DNA from: Acidimicrobiales bacterium
Lineage (GTDB): Bacteria; Actinomycetota; Acidimicrobiia; Acidimicrobiales; VFJN01
Direction: 5' to 3'
Length of the DNA: 64,000 nt
Assembly: GCA_035263165.1 (NCBI GenBank)
Contig: DATFRN010000450.1
Coordinates: 17,152-81,151 of the forward strand
A program made the position numbers and the translations under genes. The notes below the pieces were generated by a model, which worked only from the letters and a program-made list of their open reading frames with translations, was not told where the DNA came from and did no database searches. Positions 7,590 through 16,119 of this stretch are shown piece after piece. Position 1 is the stretch's first letter, and every line of letters begins with the position of its first letter.

Positions 7590-8666
7590 CTAGGGCGCCC
7601 GCCCGTCGTGGGCGGCGTGGAGCAGGTGGCGCACGTCGGGCGCCGAGACCGGCCGAGGGTTGGCGTCGACCTCCGCCACCACCAGCTCCGCCGCCTGGTC
7701 GAGGCCCGAGGCCGGCATCCCGATGGCGGCCAGGCTGGTGGGCGCGCCGGTGGCCACCGCCAGGTCGTGGAGCTGGGAGGCGGCGTAGACCGCCTCGGGC
7801 CGGCCGCCGAGCGACACGGCCACGCAGGCCAGCGCCTCGGGGGCCGCCACCGCGTTGAAGGCGGCGACGTAGGGCAGCAGCACCGCGTGGGCGGCCGCGT
7901 GGTCGAGGCCGAACGTGCCCCCGAGGACGTGGCACAGCTTGTGGTGCAGGCCGGTGCCGGCCACGGCCATCGCCGAGCCGGCCAGGTAGGCGCCGTAGAG
8001 CGCCCAGCCCCGGGCGGTCAGGTCGCCGGGCGCGGCCACCGCCGCCGGCAGGGCGCCGGACAGGGCCCGGATGGCCTCCTCGGCCTGGAGCGCCACCAGC
8101 GGGTCGACCGCCGGGGCGTAGAGGGCCTCGACGCAGTGGGCCAGGGCGTTGAACCCGCTGGTGGCCGTGGCCAGCGGCGGGAGCGTGACGCTGAGCGACG
8201 GGTCGTAGACGACCACCCGCGGCAGCGCCCGCAGGTCGCGCCCGGTCCGCTTGTGGGCGCCGGTGATGCCGAACACCGGGGTCATCTCCGACCCCGAGTA
8301 GGTGGTGGGCACCGCCAGCAGCGGCGCCCCCGACGCCACCGCCACCACCTTGCCCAGCCCGATGGCCGAGCCGCCGCCGACGCAGACGATGCCGTCGACG
8401 TCGGACTCGGTGGCCGCGGCCCGGGCGGCGGCCGCCAGGTCCTCCGGGACGTGCTGGCGGACCTCGCCGAAGGGCAGCGCGCACCGCCACCCCAGCGCCT
8501 CCGCGATGCCGTTGCCGGCGGCCCGGGCCGACGGCGTGGTGATGACCATGACCCGCTGCAGGCCGAGGTGCTCGACCTCGCCGGCCACGCGGTCGACGGC
8601 CCCCAGGCCGAAGACGACGCGGCCCGGCAGCGACTCGTGCTCGAAGGGCGTGACGCCCAGGCTCAT
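7590..8666 (-). CDS. Iron-containing alcohol dehydrogenase family protein (maleylacetate reductase-like)
   Basis: From ATG 8666: MSLGVTPFEHESLPGRVVFGLGA...VCVGGGSAIGLGK...GLHHKLCHVLGG. Confidence 0.8.
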   Translation of the reverse strand: MSLGVTPFEHESLPGRVVFGLGAVDRVAGEVEHLGLQRVMVITTPSARAAGNGIAEALGWRCALPFGEVRQHVPEDLAAAARAAATESDVDGIVCVGGGSAIGLGKVVAVASGAPLLAVPTTYSGSEMTPVFGITGAHKRTGRDLRALPRVVVYDPSLSVTLPPLATATSGFNALAHCVEALYAPAVDPLVALQAEEAIRALSGALPAAVAAPGDLTARGWALYGAYLAGSAMAVAGTGLHHKLCHVLGGTFGLDHAAAHAVLLPYVAAFNAVAAPEALACVAVSLGGRPEAVYAASQLHDLAVATGAPTSLAAIGMPASGLDQAAELVVAEVDANPRPVSAPDVRHLLHAAHDGRAP

Positions 8667-8874
8667 GCCCGCTCCCCGATGCTTCCCATCCCAGTTCCGA
8701 CTGCTGTCGGCGCCCCGCCGACCGGCCGCTGCGATCGCCGCGGCCGGCGCCCCCTCCGATTGCTCACCGCGCCCCCTCGTGCGGTCAGCCACGCTCTCTC
8801 GGTGGTCCCGAGCGTTCGCTAGGCGAACCTGCGTGCGCTGTGAGAAGCCATTCTCGGACCGCTAAGGCGACCTG

Positions 8875-10377
8875 TCAACCCGTCCCCGCCGCGAGGGACA
8901 GATCGCCCGCCGCGCCGGATCGAAGCTGGTCAAGAAGTCCAGTCTCCGCCTTGAGCGCCGTACGGGTCGCGCCGCTGAGGGCCCAGGGGCGCAGGCGGTC
9001 CGCCGCGGTGGCCAGCGCGCCGTCCCCGACCGCGCTGCGTGCCGCGGCCAGCGAGCGGTCGACGCCCACCACCACCGCGGTGGCCGCCAGCAGCTCGGCC
9101 AGGTCGGTGGCCAGCAGCGTGTCGCTGGCGGCCAGCTCGCTGAAGCCGAAGTCGATCATCCACACGGCCCCGTCGGCGGCCACGAACACGTTGGCCAGCC
9201 GCAGGTCGCGGTGGGCCAGGCGGTGGGCCCGCAGCAGCGCGACCTGCTCCCACACCTCCCCCAGCAGTCGGTCGTCGACCTCGGCGGCCTCGACCCGGTC
9301 GAGCGAGCGGCCGTCGATCGCCTCGTAGGCCAGCACGAACGACGCCGGCTCGGCCGTGGCCAGCGTGACGAACCGGGGCGTGCGCACGCCCAGGTCGCGG
9401 GCAGCCAGCGCCACCAGCGCCTCGTGCTCGACCGCCCGGCGCAGGGACAGGTAGCCGCTCTCGTCGCCCAGGTCGCGGGGGACGATGCGCCGGTAGAGGC
9501 GGAACAGCAGGTCGGCGCTGCGCTCGTCCCGGCCCAGCGACTTCACGAACAGCCGGCGGCCGTCCGCCGCCTCCGCGAACCAGGGCGTCGAGCCCCGGGC
9601 GTCCAGGCTGGCCTGGGTCAGCTTCCTGACCGGCACCCCCACCGCGGCCAGGCCGGCGGCGATGGCGTGGCCCCCCGCCCGGCGGGGCGGCGCCCCGAAG
9701 GCCAGGACGGCCAGCGCCCCCGCCAGCCAGCCCACCAGCAGCGCCCGCAGGGAGGCCAGGCCCACCGGCGCGATCAGCGACCGGCCCAGCATCACGCCGA
9801 TCACGACCAGCCAGGCCCAGCGCCGCCAGGACCGGCCCACCCACGGGGCGGCCGCGGTGGCCAGTGCCGCGGTCACGGCCACCGCCAGCTCGGTGGCCGT
9901 GGGGTGCCTGACGAACCAGTCGAGCACGTTGCTGCCGGTGGCCACGGGGGCGGCCGTGGGCTCCTCCGGCACCGAGAGGAGCCCGCCCAGCAGCAGGGCC
10001 AGGGCCACCCCCACCGCGCAGGACCGCAACGCCCGCCACCGCCGCTGCACCACCGTCACGACCGCGCCGCCGAGGAAGGCGACCAGGCCGATCAGCCAGG
10101 TCAGCTCGACCACCCCGGTGACCAGCCACGACGGCACGGTGTCCAGGCCGCTCGACAGGTCGTGGGCGTTGCGGACCACCTGGTCGCCGGCCAGCCACTG
10201 GACCAGCAGCAGCGCCACCAGCGCGGCGGCCGCCACCACCACGCGCAGGACGTCCGCCGGCGAGCGCTCGGCCGCGGCCGGCGGGCTCTCGGTCACCTCG
10301 ACGTCAGGAGCGACGGCGGGGGCGGGAGCGGCGGCGGTCGTGTCCACACCCGACCATGGCGCCGGTGAACGTGTCAC
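8875..10377 (-). CDS. Polytopic membrane protein with a C-terminal protein-kinase-like domain
   Basis: 500 aa, GTG start. The N-terminal half has multiple hydrophobic helices. The C-terminal half carries the catalytic-loop-like HRLAHRDLRLANVFV and MIDFGFSE. Confidence 0.65.
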   Translation of the reverse strand: MTRSPAPWSGVDTTAAAPAPAVAPDVEVTESPPAAAERSPADVLRVVVAAAALVALLLVQWLAGDQVVRNAHDLSSGLDTVPSWLVTGVVELTWLIGLVAFLGGAVVTVVQRRWRALRSCAVGVALALLLGGLLSVPEEPTAAPVATGSNVLDWFVRHPTATELAVAVTAALATAAAPWVGRSWRRWAWLVVIGVMLGRSLIAPVGLASLRALLVGWLAGALAVLAFGAPPRRAGGHAIAAGLAAVGVPVRKLTQASLDARGSTPWFAEAADGRRLFVKSLGRDERSADLLFRLYRRIVPRDLGDESGYLSLRRAVEHEALVALAARDLGVRTPRFVTLATAEPASFVLAYEAIDGRSLDRVEAAEVDDRLLGEVWEQVALLRAHRLAHRDLRLANVFVAADGAVWMIDFGFSELAASDTLLATDLAELLAATAVVVGVDRSLAAARSAVGDGALATAADRLRPWALSGATRTALKAETGLLDQLRSGAAGDLSLAAGTG

Positions 10378-10490
10378 TACATCACTCGGAACGGGTGACT
10401 GCCGTTGCCAACGGGCCCGGCAGCCTGGAACACTGCTCGCATCGGAGCCGGCCCACCGCGCTGGGTCCTGGTGTCGGGGGGAACATCGCC

Positions 10491-12647
10491 ATGCTCACGC
10501 GCCTTGCCCGCGGCTGCTACCGCCACCGCTGGCTCGTCCTGATCGGCTGGGCCGCCGCCCTGGCCGGTCTCGTGGTCGCCAGCTCGGCCTTCGGCGGCAA
10601 GTTCGTCAACGACTTCCGGCTGCCCGGGTCCGACAGCCAGGCGGCCGCCGACCTGCTCGACCACCACCACTTCTTCAAGCGGGCCGGCAAGACCGGCGAG
10701 GTCGTGTTCACGGCGAAGAACATCGACGCGCCCGAGGTGCGCCACGGCATGGAGCGCCTCGACGCCGAGCTCGAGAAGATCATCGCCCCCGGCGAGATCG
10801 TCACCCCCTACGACCCCGAGGGCGTCCACTTCGCCAACGACGAGCGCACGATCGCCTTCGCCTACCTGAGCATGAGCGAGCGGGGCGACGACGCCTACAA
10901 GGACGTCGCCGCACGGGCCCGGGCCGCGGTGGCGCGCGCCGACATCCCCGGCACCCAGGTCGAGCTGGGCGGGGCGGTGTTCGCCGAGGCGCCCAAGTTC
11001 TCCAGCGAGACCGTCGGCTACGTCGCCGCCCTGGTCGTGCTGCTCATCGCCTTCGGCTCGCTGCTGGCCGCCGGGCTGCCGCTGATCACCGCGTTCGCCG
11101 GGATCTTCGCCGGCATCACCCTCGTCACGCTGGTCGTGTCGGTCATGGGCATGCCCAGCTACGCGGCGGAGGCGGTGGCGATGATCGGCATCGGCGTCGG
11201 CATCGACTACGCGCTGTTCGTCGTCACCCGCTACCGGGAGGGCCTGGGCGAGGGCCTCGACCCCGAGGACGCCACCGTCCGGGCGATCGAGACCGCCGGG
11301 CGGGCGGTGCTCCTGGCCGGGAGCGTGGTGATCATCGCCGTGTTCGGCATGTTCACGGTGGGGCTGCCGATCATCCGGGGCCTGGCGGTGGGCATCGCCA
11401 TCGGCGTGTTCAGCACGATGGTGGCGGCGGTGACGCTGCTGCCGGCCATCTTCGGCTTCGTCGGCCGGCACATCGACGCCCTGGCCATCCCCCGGCTGTC
11501 CCGCACCGACGAGGCCGGCCGCCGGGCCCGCTGGCGGCGCTGGAGCCGCCGGGTGCAGGCGACGCCGTGGGCCTGGCTGGGCGGCGGCGCCGCGCTGCTG
11601 CTGGTGCTGGCCATCCCGGCGGTGCAGCTGCGGCAGGGGTTCGGCGACTCGGGCAACCGGCCGACCAGCGACACCACCCGGCGGGCCTACGACATCGTGT
11701 CCCGGGGGTTCGGGCCCGGCGCCAACGGGCCGCTCATCATCGCCGCCGAGCTGCCCGGTGGGCCCGGCGACTTCGAGCACCTCAGCACCATCCAGGACCA
11801 GCTCGGCCACGACCCGGCGGTCTACTGGGCCACGCCGCCGCTGCTCAACGACACCGGCGACGCCGCCGTGATGCAGGTCTTCCCGGCCGAGTCGCCCCAG
11901 TCCGAGGCGACGCAGGCGCTGGTCCACCGGCTCCGCAACGACATCGTGCCCCACCGGCTGGCCGGCACGGACATGACCGCCTACGTGGGCGGCGAGACCG
12001 CGGCGGCGGTCGACTTCAGCGAGTTCACCGCCGCCCGGCTCCCGCTGTTCACCCTGGCCGTGCTGTCGGTGTCGTTCCTGCTGCTGATGGTGATGTTCCG
12101 CAGCGTGCTGGTGCCGCTCAAGGCGGTGGTGCTCAACCTGCTGGCGCTGGGCGCGTGCTACGGCGTGCTCGTGGCGATCTTCCAGTGGGGCTGGGGGCTG
12201 TCGCTGCTCGGCGTGGGCCGGCCGGGGCCGATCGACGCCTGGGTGCCGATGATGCTGTTCGCCGTGATCTTCGGGCTGTCGATGGACTACGAGGTGTTCC
12301 TGCTGACCCGCATCCGCGAGGCCTACGACGACAGCGGCGACAACAGCGCGGCGGTGGCCGAGGGCGTGGCCAACACGGCCCGGGTCATCACCGCCGGGGC
12401 GGCCGTGATGTTCTGCGTGTTCGGGGCGTTCGTGCTGGGCTCGACCCGCTCGCTCAAGATGTTCGGCCTGGGCCTGGCCGTGGCCGTGCTGCTCGACGCC
12501 ACGGTCGTGCGCCTGGTCATGGTGCCGGCGACGATGGAGCTGCTGGGCGAGCGCAACTGGTGGCTGCCGAGCTGGCTCGACCGCCGGCTGCCGACGGTCC
12601 GCCGGGCGCCCGAGCCGGCGCCGCCCCGGGTGCCGGAGCCGGCCTAG
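10491..12647 (+). CDS. MMPL family (RND-type) transporter
   Basis: From ATG 10491: MLTRLARGCYRHRWLVLIGWAAALAG... The two-fold TM architecture has conserved IGVGIDYALFVVTRYRE and GLSMDYEVFLLTRIRE. Confidence 0.9.
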   Translation: MLTRLARGCYRHRWLVLIGWAAALAGLVVASSAFGGKFVNDFRLPGSDSQAAADLLDHHHFFKRAGKTGEVVFTAKNIDAPEVRHGMERLDAELEKIIAPGEIVTPYDPEGVHFANDERTIAFAYLSMSERGDDAYKDVAARARAAVARADIPGTQVELGGAVFAEAPKFSSETVGYVAALVVLLIAFGSLLAAGLPLITAFAGIFAGITLVTLVVSVMGMPSYAAEAVAMIGIGVGIDYALFVVTRYREGLGEGLDPEDATVRAIETAGRAVLLAGSVVIIAVFGMFTVGLPIIRGLAVGIAIGVFSTMVAAVTLLPAIFGFVGRHIDALAIPRLSRTDEAGRRARWRRWSRRVQATPWAWLGGGAALLLVLAIPAVQLRQGFGDSGNRPTSDTTRRAYDIVSRGFGPGANGPLIIAAELPGGPGDFEHLSTIQDQLGHDPAVYWATPPLLNDTGDAAVMQVFPAESPQSEATQALVHRLRNDIVPHRLAGTDMTAYVGGETAAAVDFSEFTAARLPLFTLAVLSVSFLLLMVMFRSVLVPLKAVVLNLLALGACYGVLVAIFQWGWGLSLLGVGRPGPIDAWVPMMLFAVIFGLSMDYEVFLLTRIREAYDDSGDNSAAVAEGVANTARVITAGAAVMFCVFGAFVLGSTRSLKMFGLGLAVAVLLDATVVRLVMVPATMELLGERNWWLPSWLDRRLPTVRRAPEPAPPRVPEPA

Positions 12648-13048
12648 CTCTCGGCCTCGGGGCGGTGGCAGACGGCCTCGACGTTGTTGCCGTCGGGGTC
12701 GCGCACGAAGCCGCCGTAGTAGTCGGGGTGGTACTCGGGCCAGACGCGGGGCGGGTGCAGCACCTCGGCGCCGGCGGCCACGGCGGCGTCGACGAACGCC
12801 CGCACGGTGGCCCGGTCGGCGGCCGAGAAGGCGATGTGCGACTCGCGGAAGCCCTCGCCGGTGGTGCGGGGGCCGAGCCAGAAGTCGGGCATCGGCGGCA
12901 CGCCGTAGCCGATGACCTCGCCGTACTCCAGGATCCGGGTCCCGCCGAGCGGCGCCAGCACCGCGTCGTAGAACGCCGCCGAGGCGCCGATGTCGGCGCA
13001 CTGGATGGACAGGTGGTCGAGCACGGCGCCCATCTTGGCGCGCGCCAT
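12644..13048 (-). CDS. VOC/glyoxalase family protein
   Basis: MARAKMGAVLDHLSIQCADIGASAAFYDAVL...HIAFSAAD...GFVRDPDGNNVEAV. ATG 13048 overlaps the upstream stop (TGATG). Confidence 0.85.
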   Translation of the reverse strand: MARAKMGAVLDHLSIQCADIGASAAFYDAVLAPLGGTRILEYGEVIGYGVPPMPDFWLGPRTTGEGFRESHIAFSAADRATVRAFVDAAVAAGAEVLHPPRVWPEYHPDYYGGFVRDPDGNNVEAVCHRPEAES

Positions 13049-13944
13049 CAGTTCAGCGCGGCGCGGGCGGCGGCGACCCGCTCGTCGGCGTGGGCGCGGG
13101 CGGCCGAGGCGGCGCCGGCCTTCTGGCGGGCCAGCTCGGCGGCCCGGCGGGCGGTGTCGGCCCGGCGGCGGGCGGCGTCGGCGTCCCGGTCGGCCTCGCG
13201 GGCGGCCTGCTCCGCGGCCCGCGCCCGGCCCTCCGCCTCGGCCTCGGCCTCGGCGGCCGCGGCGGCGGCCGTCTCCGCCCGGGCCAGCACGCGGTCGGCG
13301 GCGCCCTTGACCCGGCGGGGCGGGGCCGGCGCCTCCGCCTTCTTCGGCGCGGCCGCTGCCGCGGGCTTGCGGGGGATCCCGGCCCGGGGCCGCCGGGCGC
13401 GCGCCGGGCGCTCGGCCGGGGCAGCCGGGGCCGGGCCGCCGGCAGGCTCGGCCACCCCCAGCCCGCCCGCCGGCGGGATCGCGGCCAGGCGCCCGGCGGC
13501 CAGGTCGGCCAGCGCCGCCGGGTCCGACACGACCGCCAGCAGGGCCGGCTGCACCTGGTCCCGCGCCACGGGCTGGCCGTGGGCGACGGTGGCGGCCACA
13601 GCGGCCTCGACCACGCCCCCCTGGGTTGCCCGCAGCGCGGCCAGCGCCGACCGCAGGTCGCCGTCGCCCTCCTGGGCGGCGCCCAGCGCGGCGACCGCGG
13701 CCGCCAGCGCCTCGACGGCCGCCGGCTCGGCGGCGCGGGCCGCGTCGAGTGACCATGCCACCACGCTGGGCTTTCGCAGCGCCTTGACCGCCGCGGCGTC
13801 GTCGCGCCGCCCGGACGACCGCAACGAGCGGGCCAGCGCGTCCCGCCCCGCGACGAACCCCCCGAGCGGGCCCCCGTAGAGCGCCACGATGTCCTGGTCG
13901 GGAGGCAACTCTGCCGGAGGATCTCCCGTCGCCATGCGCTGCAC
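13048..13944 (-). CDS. Hypothetical Ala-rich protein with a coiled-coil-like tail
   Basis: 298 aa. The N-terminal part is non-degenerate (DIVALYGGPLGGFVAGRDALARSL...KPSVVAWSLDAARA). The C-terminal part is an AEAEAEAEGRARAAEQAAREADRDADAARRRAD-type charged repeat. No family recognised. Confidence 0.5.
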   Translation of the reverse strand: MQRMATGDPPAELPPDQDIVALYGGPLGGFVAGRDALARSLRSSGRRDDAAAVKALRKPSVVAWSLDAARAAEPAAVEALAAAVAALGAAQEGDGDLRSALAALRATQGGVVEAAVAATVAHGQPVARDQVQPALLAVVSDPAALADLAAGRLAAIPPAGGLGVAEPAGGPAPAAPAERPARARRPRAGIPRKPAAAAAPKKAEAPAPPRRVKGAADRVLARAETAAAAAAEAEAEAEGRARAAEQAAREADRDADAARRRADTARRAAELARQKAGAASAARAHADERVAAARAALN

Positions 13945-14024
13945 GTTATTGTCACCGGCGGGGCGGATCGATGCTGAGGGCTGGGGAACCCTCGCTGGTC
14001 AGCAAGAGCGAGCCCGGAGGGATC

Positions 14025-15221
14025 GTGTCGGTCTGCCGTCATACGTTGCTATTGCGTGTACTCATCGCCTCGGTCGTGCTCCTGGGGATCACGATCCCGG
14101 CCGCCCAGGCCGAGACGCCTCAGCAGCAGCAGGACCGGCTGCGGGCCCAGCGCTCCCAGGTCGCCAAGGACGTCGACGCGCTGAAGGCGGCCGACGCCAA
14201 GACCACGGCCGAGCTGGCCCGCCTCCAGGGCGAGCTGTCCCGGCGCCAGGCCACCGCCGACAAGGCCAACCGGGCCAAGGCCCGGGCCGACGCCGACCTC
14301 CGGGACGCCGAGGCCGCGGTCACCAAGGCCCGCAAGCGCTACAACACCCTGAACGCCCAGGCCGACGCGCTGGTGGTCCAGTCGTTCATCTCGCCGGGCG
14401 ACGAGGCGCTCGACCTCTTCAAGGCGGGCTCGCTCACCGACGCCGCCGTCAAGCGCTCGCTGGAGGAGATGCAGGCCGAGAGCGACGCCCGGCTCCTGCG
14501 CGACCTCACGTCGGCCCGCCACCGGCTGGACACCGACCAGGACCGCAAGGAGGAGGCGGCCTCCACGGCCGACGCCAGCGACGCCCGGGCGACCAAGGCC
14601 GTGCAGCAGATGAAGGCCGCCCGCGACAAGCAGCAGGCCTACGTGGCCAAGGTGCGCAAGCAGCTCGACGCGAAGCTGGCCGAGGCCGACGCGCTCAAGC
14701 AGGTCGACGCCGCCCTGTCCAAGCAGATCGCGGCGCAGCAGGCCGCCCTGGCCGCCCAGCTACCGCCGGCGCCGGCGTCGGGCGACGGCAGCCCGACCGC
14801 CATCGCCTCCGTCCCCGGTGGGTTGGCCACGGTCGCCTGCCCGGGGGGCGGCAGCATCACGGTGGCGGGGTCCATCGCCGACCAGGTGGCGGCCCTGCTG
14901 GGTGCGGCCAACGCCGACGGCGTGCAGCTCTGCGGCGGCGGCTACCGCGACCCGGCGGAGCAGATCGCCCTGCGCAAGGCCCACTGCGGCCCGACGAACT
15001 ACGACATCTACGAGAAGCCGTCGTCGGAGTGCGATCCGCCCACGGCACCGCCCGGCACGTCGCAGCACGAGGTGGGGCTGGCCATCGACTTCACCTGCAA
15101 CGGCGGCGGCGTGGTGACCACGGGCGACGTGTGCTGGGACTGGCTGTCAGCCCACGCGTCCGAGTACGGCCTCTACAACCTGCCCTCCGAGTCCTGGCAC
15201 TGGTCGACCACCGCCACCTAG
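14025..15221 (+). CDS. Secreted coiled-coil protein with a C-terminal M15B/VanY-type D-Ala-D-Ala carboxypeptidase domain
   Basis: GTG 14025 preceded by GGAGGG gives the signal peptide VSVCRHTLLLRVLIASVVLLGITIPAAQA. The track start at 13971 is the alternative. About 230 aa of heptad-like Q/A/K/D-rich sequence follows, then SQHEVGLAIDF and SESWHW (SxHxxGxAxD and ExxH motifs). Confidence 0.8.
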   Translation: MSVCRHTLLLRVLIASVVLLGITIPAAQAETPQQQQDRLRAQRSQVAKDVDALKAADAKTTAELARLQGELSRRQATADKANRAKARADADLRDAEAAVTKARKRYNTLNAQADALVVQSFISPGDEALDLFKAGSLTDAAVKRSLEEMQAESDARLLRDLTSARHRLDTDQDRKEEAASTADASDARATKAVQQMKAARDKQQAYVAKVRKQLDAKLAEADALKQVDAALSKQIAAQQAALAAQLPPAPASGDGSPTAIASVPGGLATVACPGGGSITVAGSIADQVAALLGAANADGVQLCGGGYRDPAEQIALRKAHCGPTNYDIYEKPSSECDPPTAPPGTSQHEVGLAIDFTCNGGGVVTTGDVCWDWLSAHASEYGLYNLPSESWHWSTTAT

Positions 15222-15232
15222 GCGGTGGTCGA
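15204..15232. terminator. Perfect 12-bp stem-loop spanning the stop codon, between convergent genes
   Basis: TCGACCACCGCC, loop accta, GGCGGTGGTCGA, followed by the palindrome CCGGTACCGG (15233-15242). Confidence 0.45.
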
Positions 15233-15316
15233 CCGGTACCGGTGGCCCCGCCGCCCGCCGCGCCCCCGACGGCGCCACCGGCGACGGGGCCCCGGCGACC
15301 GCCGGGGTCCTGCGGG

Positions 15317-15739
15317 TCAGGCCGGCGCGGCGGCGCTGCCGCCGCCGACGACCCGGGCCTTCATCGCCTCGAACTCCTCGTTCGTGATCGTCCCGCTGTC
15401 CCGCAGCTGGCCGAGGCGGGCCAGGTCGTCGACCGGGCCCGAGCCCGAGGTGCCCGCGGTGTCCCGCACATAGGCGTCGAACTGCTGCTGGGCCTCCCGG
15501 GCCTGCGTGGCCGAGCGCTCGGCCATGCCGCTGCCGCGGGCGATCAGGTAGATGAGCGATCCCACCAACGGGAAGATGATCAGCGCGATCACCCACAGCG
15601 CCTTGCCCCAACCGCCCGTCGACCGGTCGCGGAACAGGTCGCTGATGATGGCGATGAACACCCAGATGAACAGGATCAGGAAGAAGATCCAGATCGTCGT
15701 CCAGATCAGGTCCGACAGATGCACGTCGGCTAGAACCAC
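15317..15739 (-). CDS. PLD-nuclease-N-terminal (PLDc_N) membrane domain plus SHOCT domain protein
   Basis: 140 aa, GTG start. Motifs: IWIFFLILFIWVFIAIISDLF...GWGKALWVIALIIFPLVGSLIYL, and a C-terminal LARLGQLRDSGTITNEEFEAMKARV. Confidence 0.8.
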   Translation of the reverse strand: MVLADVHLSDLIWTTIWIFFLILFIWVFIAIISDLFRDRSTGGWGKALWVIALIIFPLVGSLIYLIARGSGMAERSATQAREAQQQFDAYVRDTAGTSGSGPVDDLARLGQLRDSGTITNEEFEAMKARVVGGGSAAAPA

Positions 15740-15838
15740 GGTGGCCTCCCGTCAGATGGGCGCCCGGCGGCGCCTTGTGGCCCCCAGCCGACATCGGGCC
15801 CGACCCCCGGGCGTCACCCCGCAAGGGTGATCTGGCGC

Positions 15839-16117
15839 TCAGTCGCCGCCCGCGGCGACCGCCGTGAACCGGCCGGCGTAGGGGTCCTCGACCGGGTCGA
15901 GCAGGGTGAGCCGGAAGGCGTGCCCGACGACGTCGGGATCGGCGAAGTCCCGCGACGGGCTGTGGACGAGCAGCGTGAGGGTCGTGCCGTCGCCGGCGAG
16001 CTCCCCCTCCTCCACCCGCTCGACATCGACGGTCACCAGCCACCGCCGCCGCCGGTCCCGCTGACGGCCGTCGACGACCGCCGCGCGCACCGTCCCCGTC
16101 AGGGTCACCGCGGCCAT
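15839..16117 (-). CDS. Small (92 aa) cytoplasmic hypothetical protein, in an immunity-like position
   Basis: MAAVTLTGTVRAAVVDGRQRDRRRRWLVTVDVERVEEGELAGDGTTLTLLVHSPSRDFADPDVVGHAFRLTLLDPVEDPYAGRFTAVAAGGD. ATG 16117 lies 2 nt after the stop of the upstream toxin-like gene. Confidence 0.55.
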   Translation of the reverse strand: MAAVTLTGTVRAAVVDGRQRDRRRRWLVTVDVERVEEGELAGDGTTLTLLVHSPSRDFADPDVVGHAFRLTLLDPVEDPYAGRFTAVAAGGD

Positions 16118-16119
16118 CG

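Noticed and set aside
8814-8828. Palindrome GTTCGC-tag-GCGAAC upstream of the maleylacetate-reductase-like gene, considered as a LexA/SOS box
   Set aside because: The actinobacterial SOS box is TCGAAC-N4-GTTCGA. Here the half-site order and spacing are wrong, and the arms are only 6 nt, which is easily fortuitous. I also saw no SOS box in front of dinB or herA.
9662-13879. 1405-aa + strand ORF, the second-longest + strand ORF in the track (after 49155..53834)
   Set aside because: It runs through four genes that have strong motif support in other frames or on the other strand: the kinase-like protein, MMPL, VOC and the Ala-rich protein. Its own sequence is Arg/Ala/Gly/Pro junk with no motifs.
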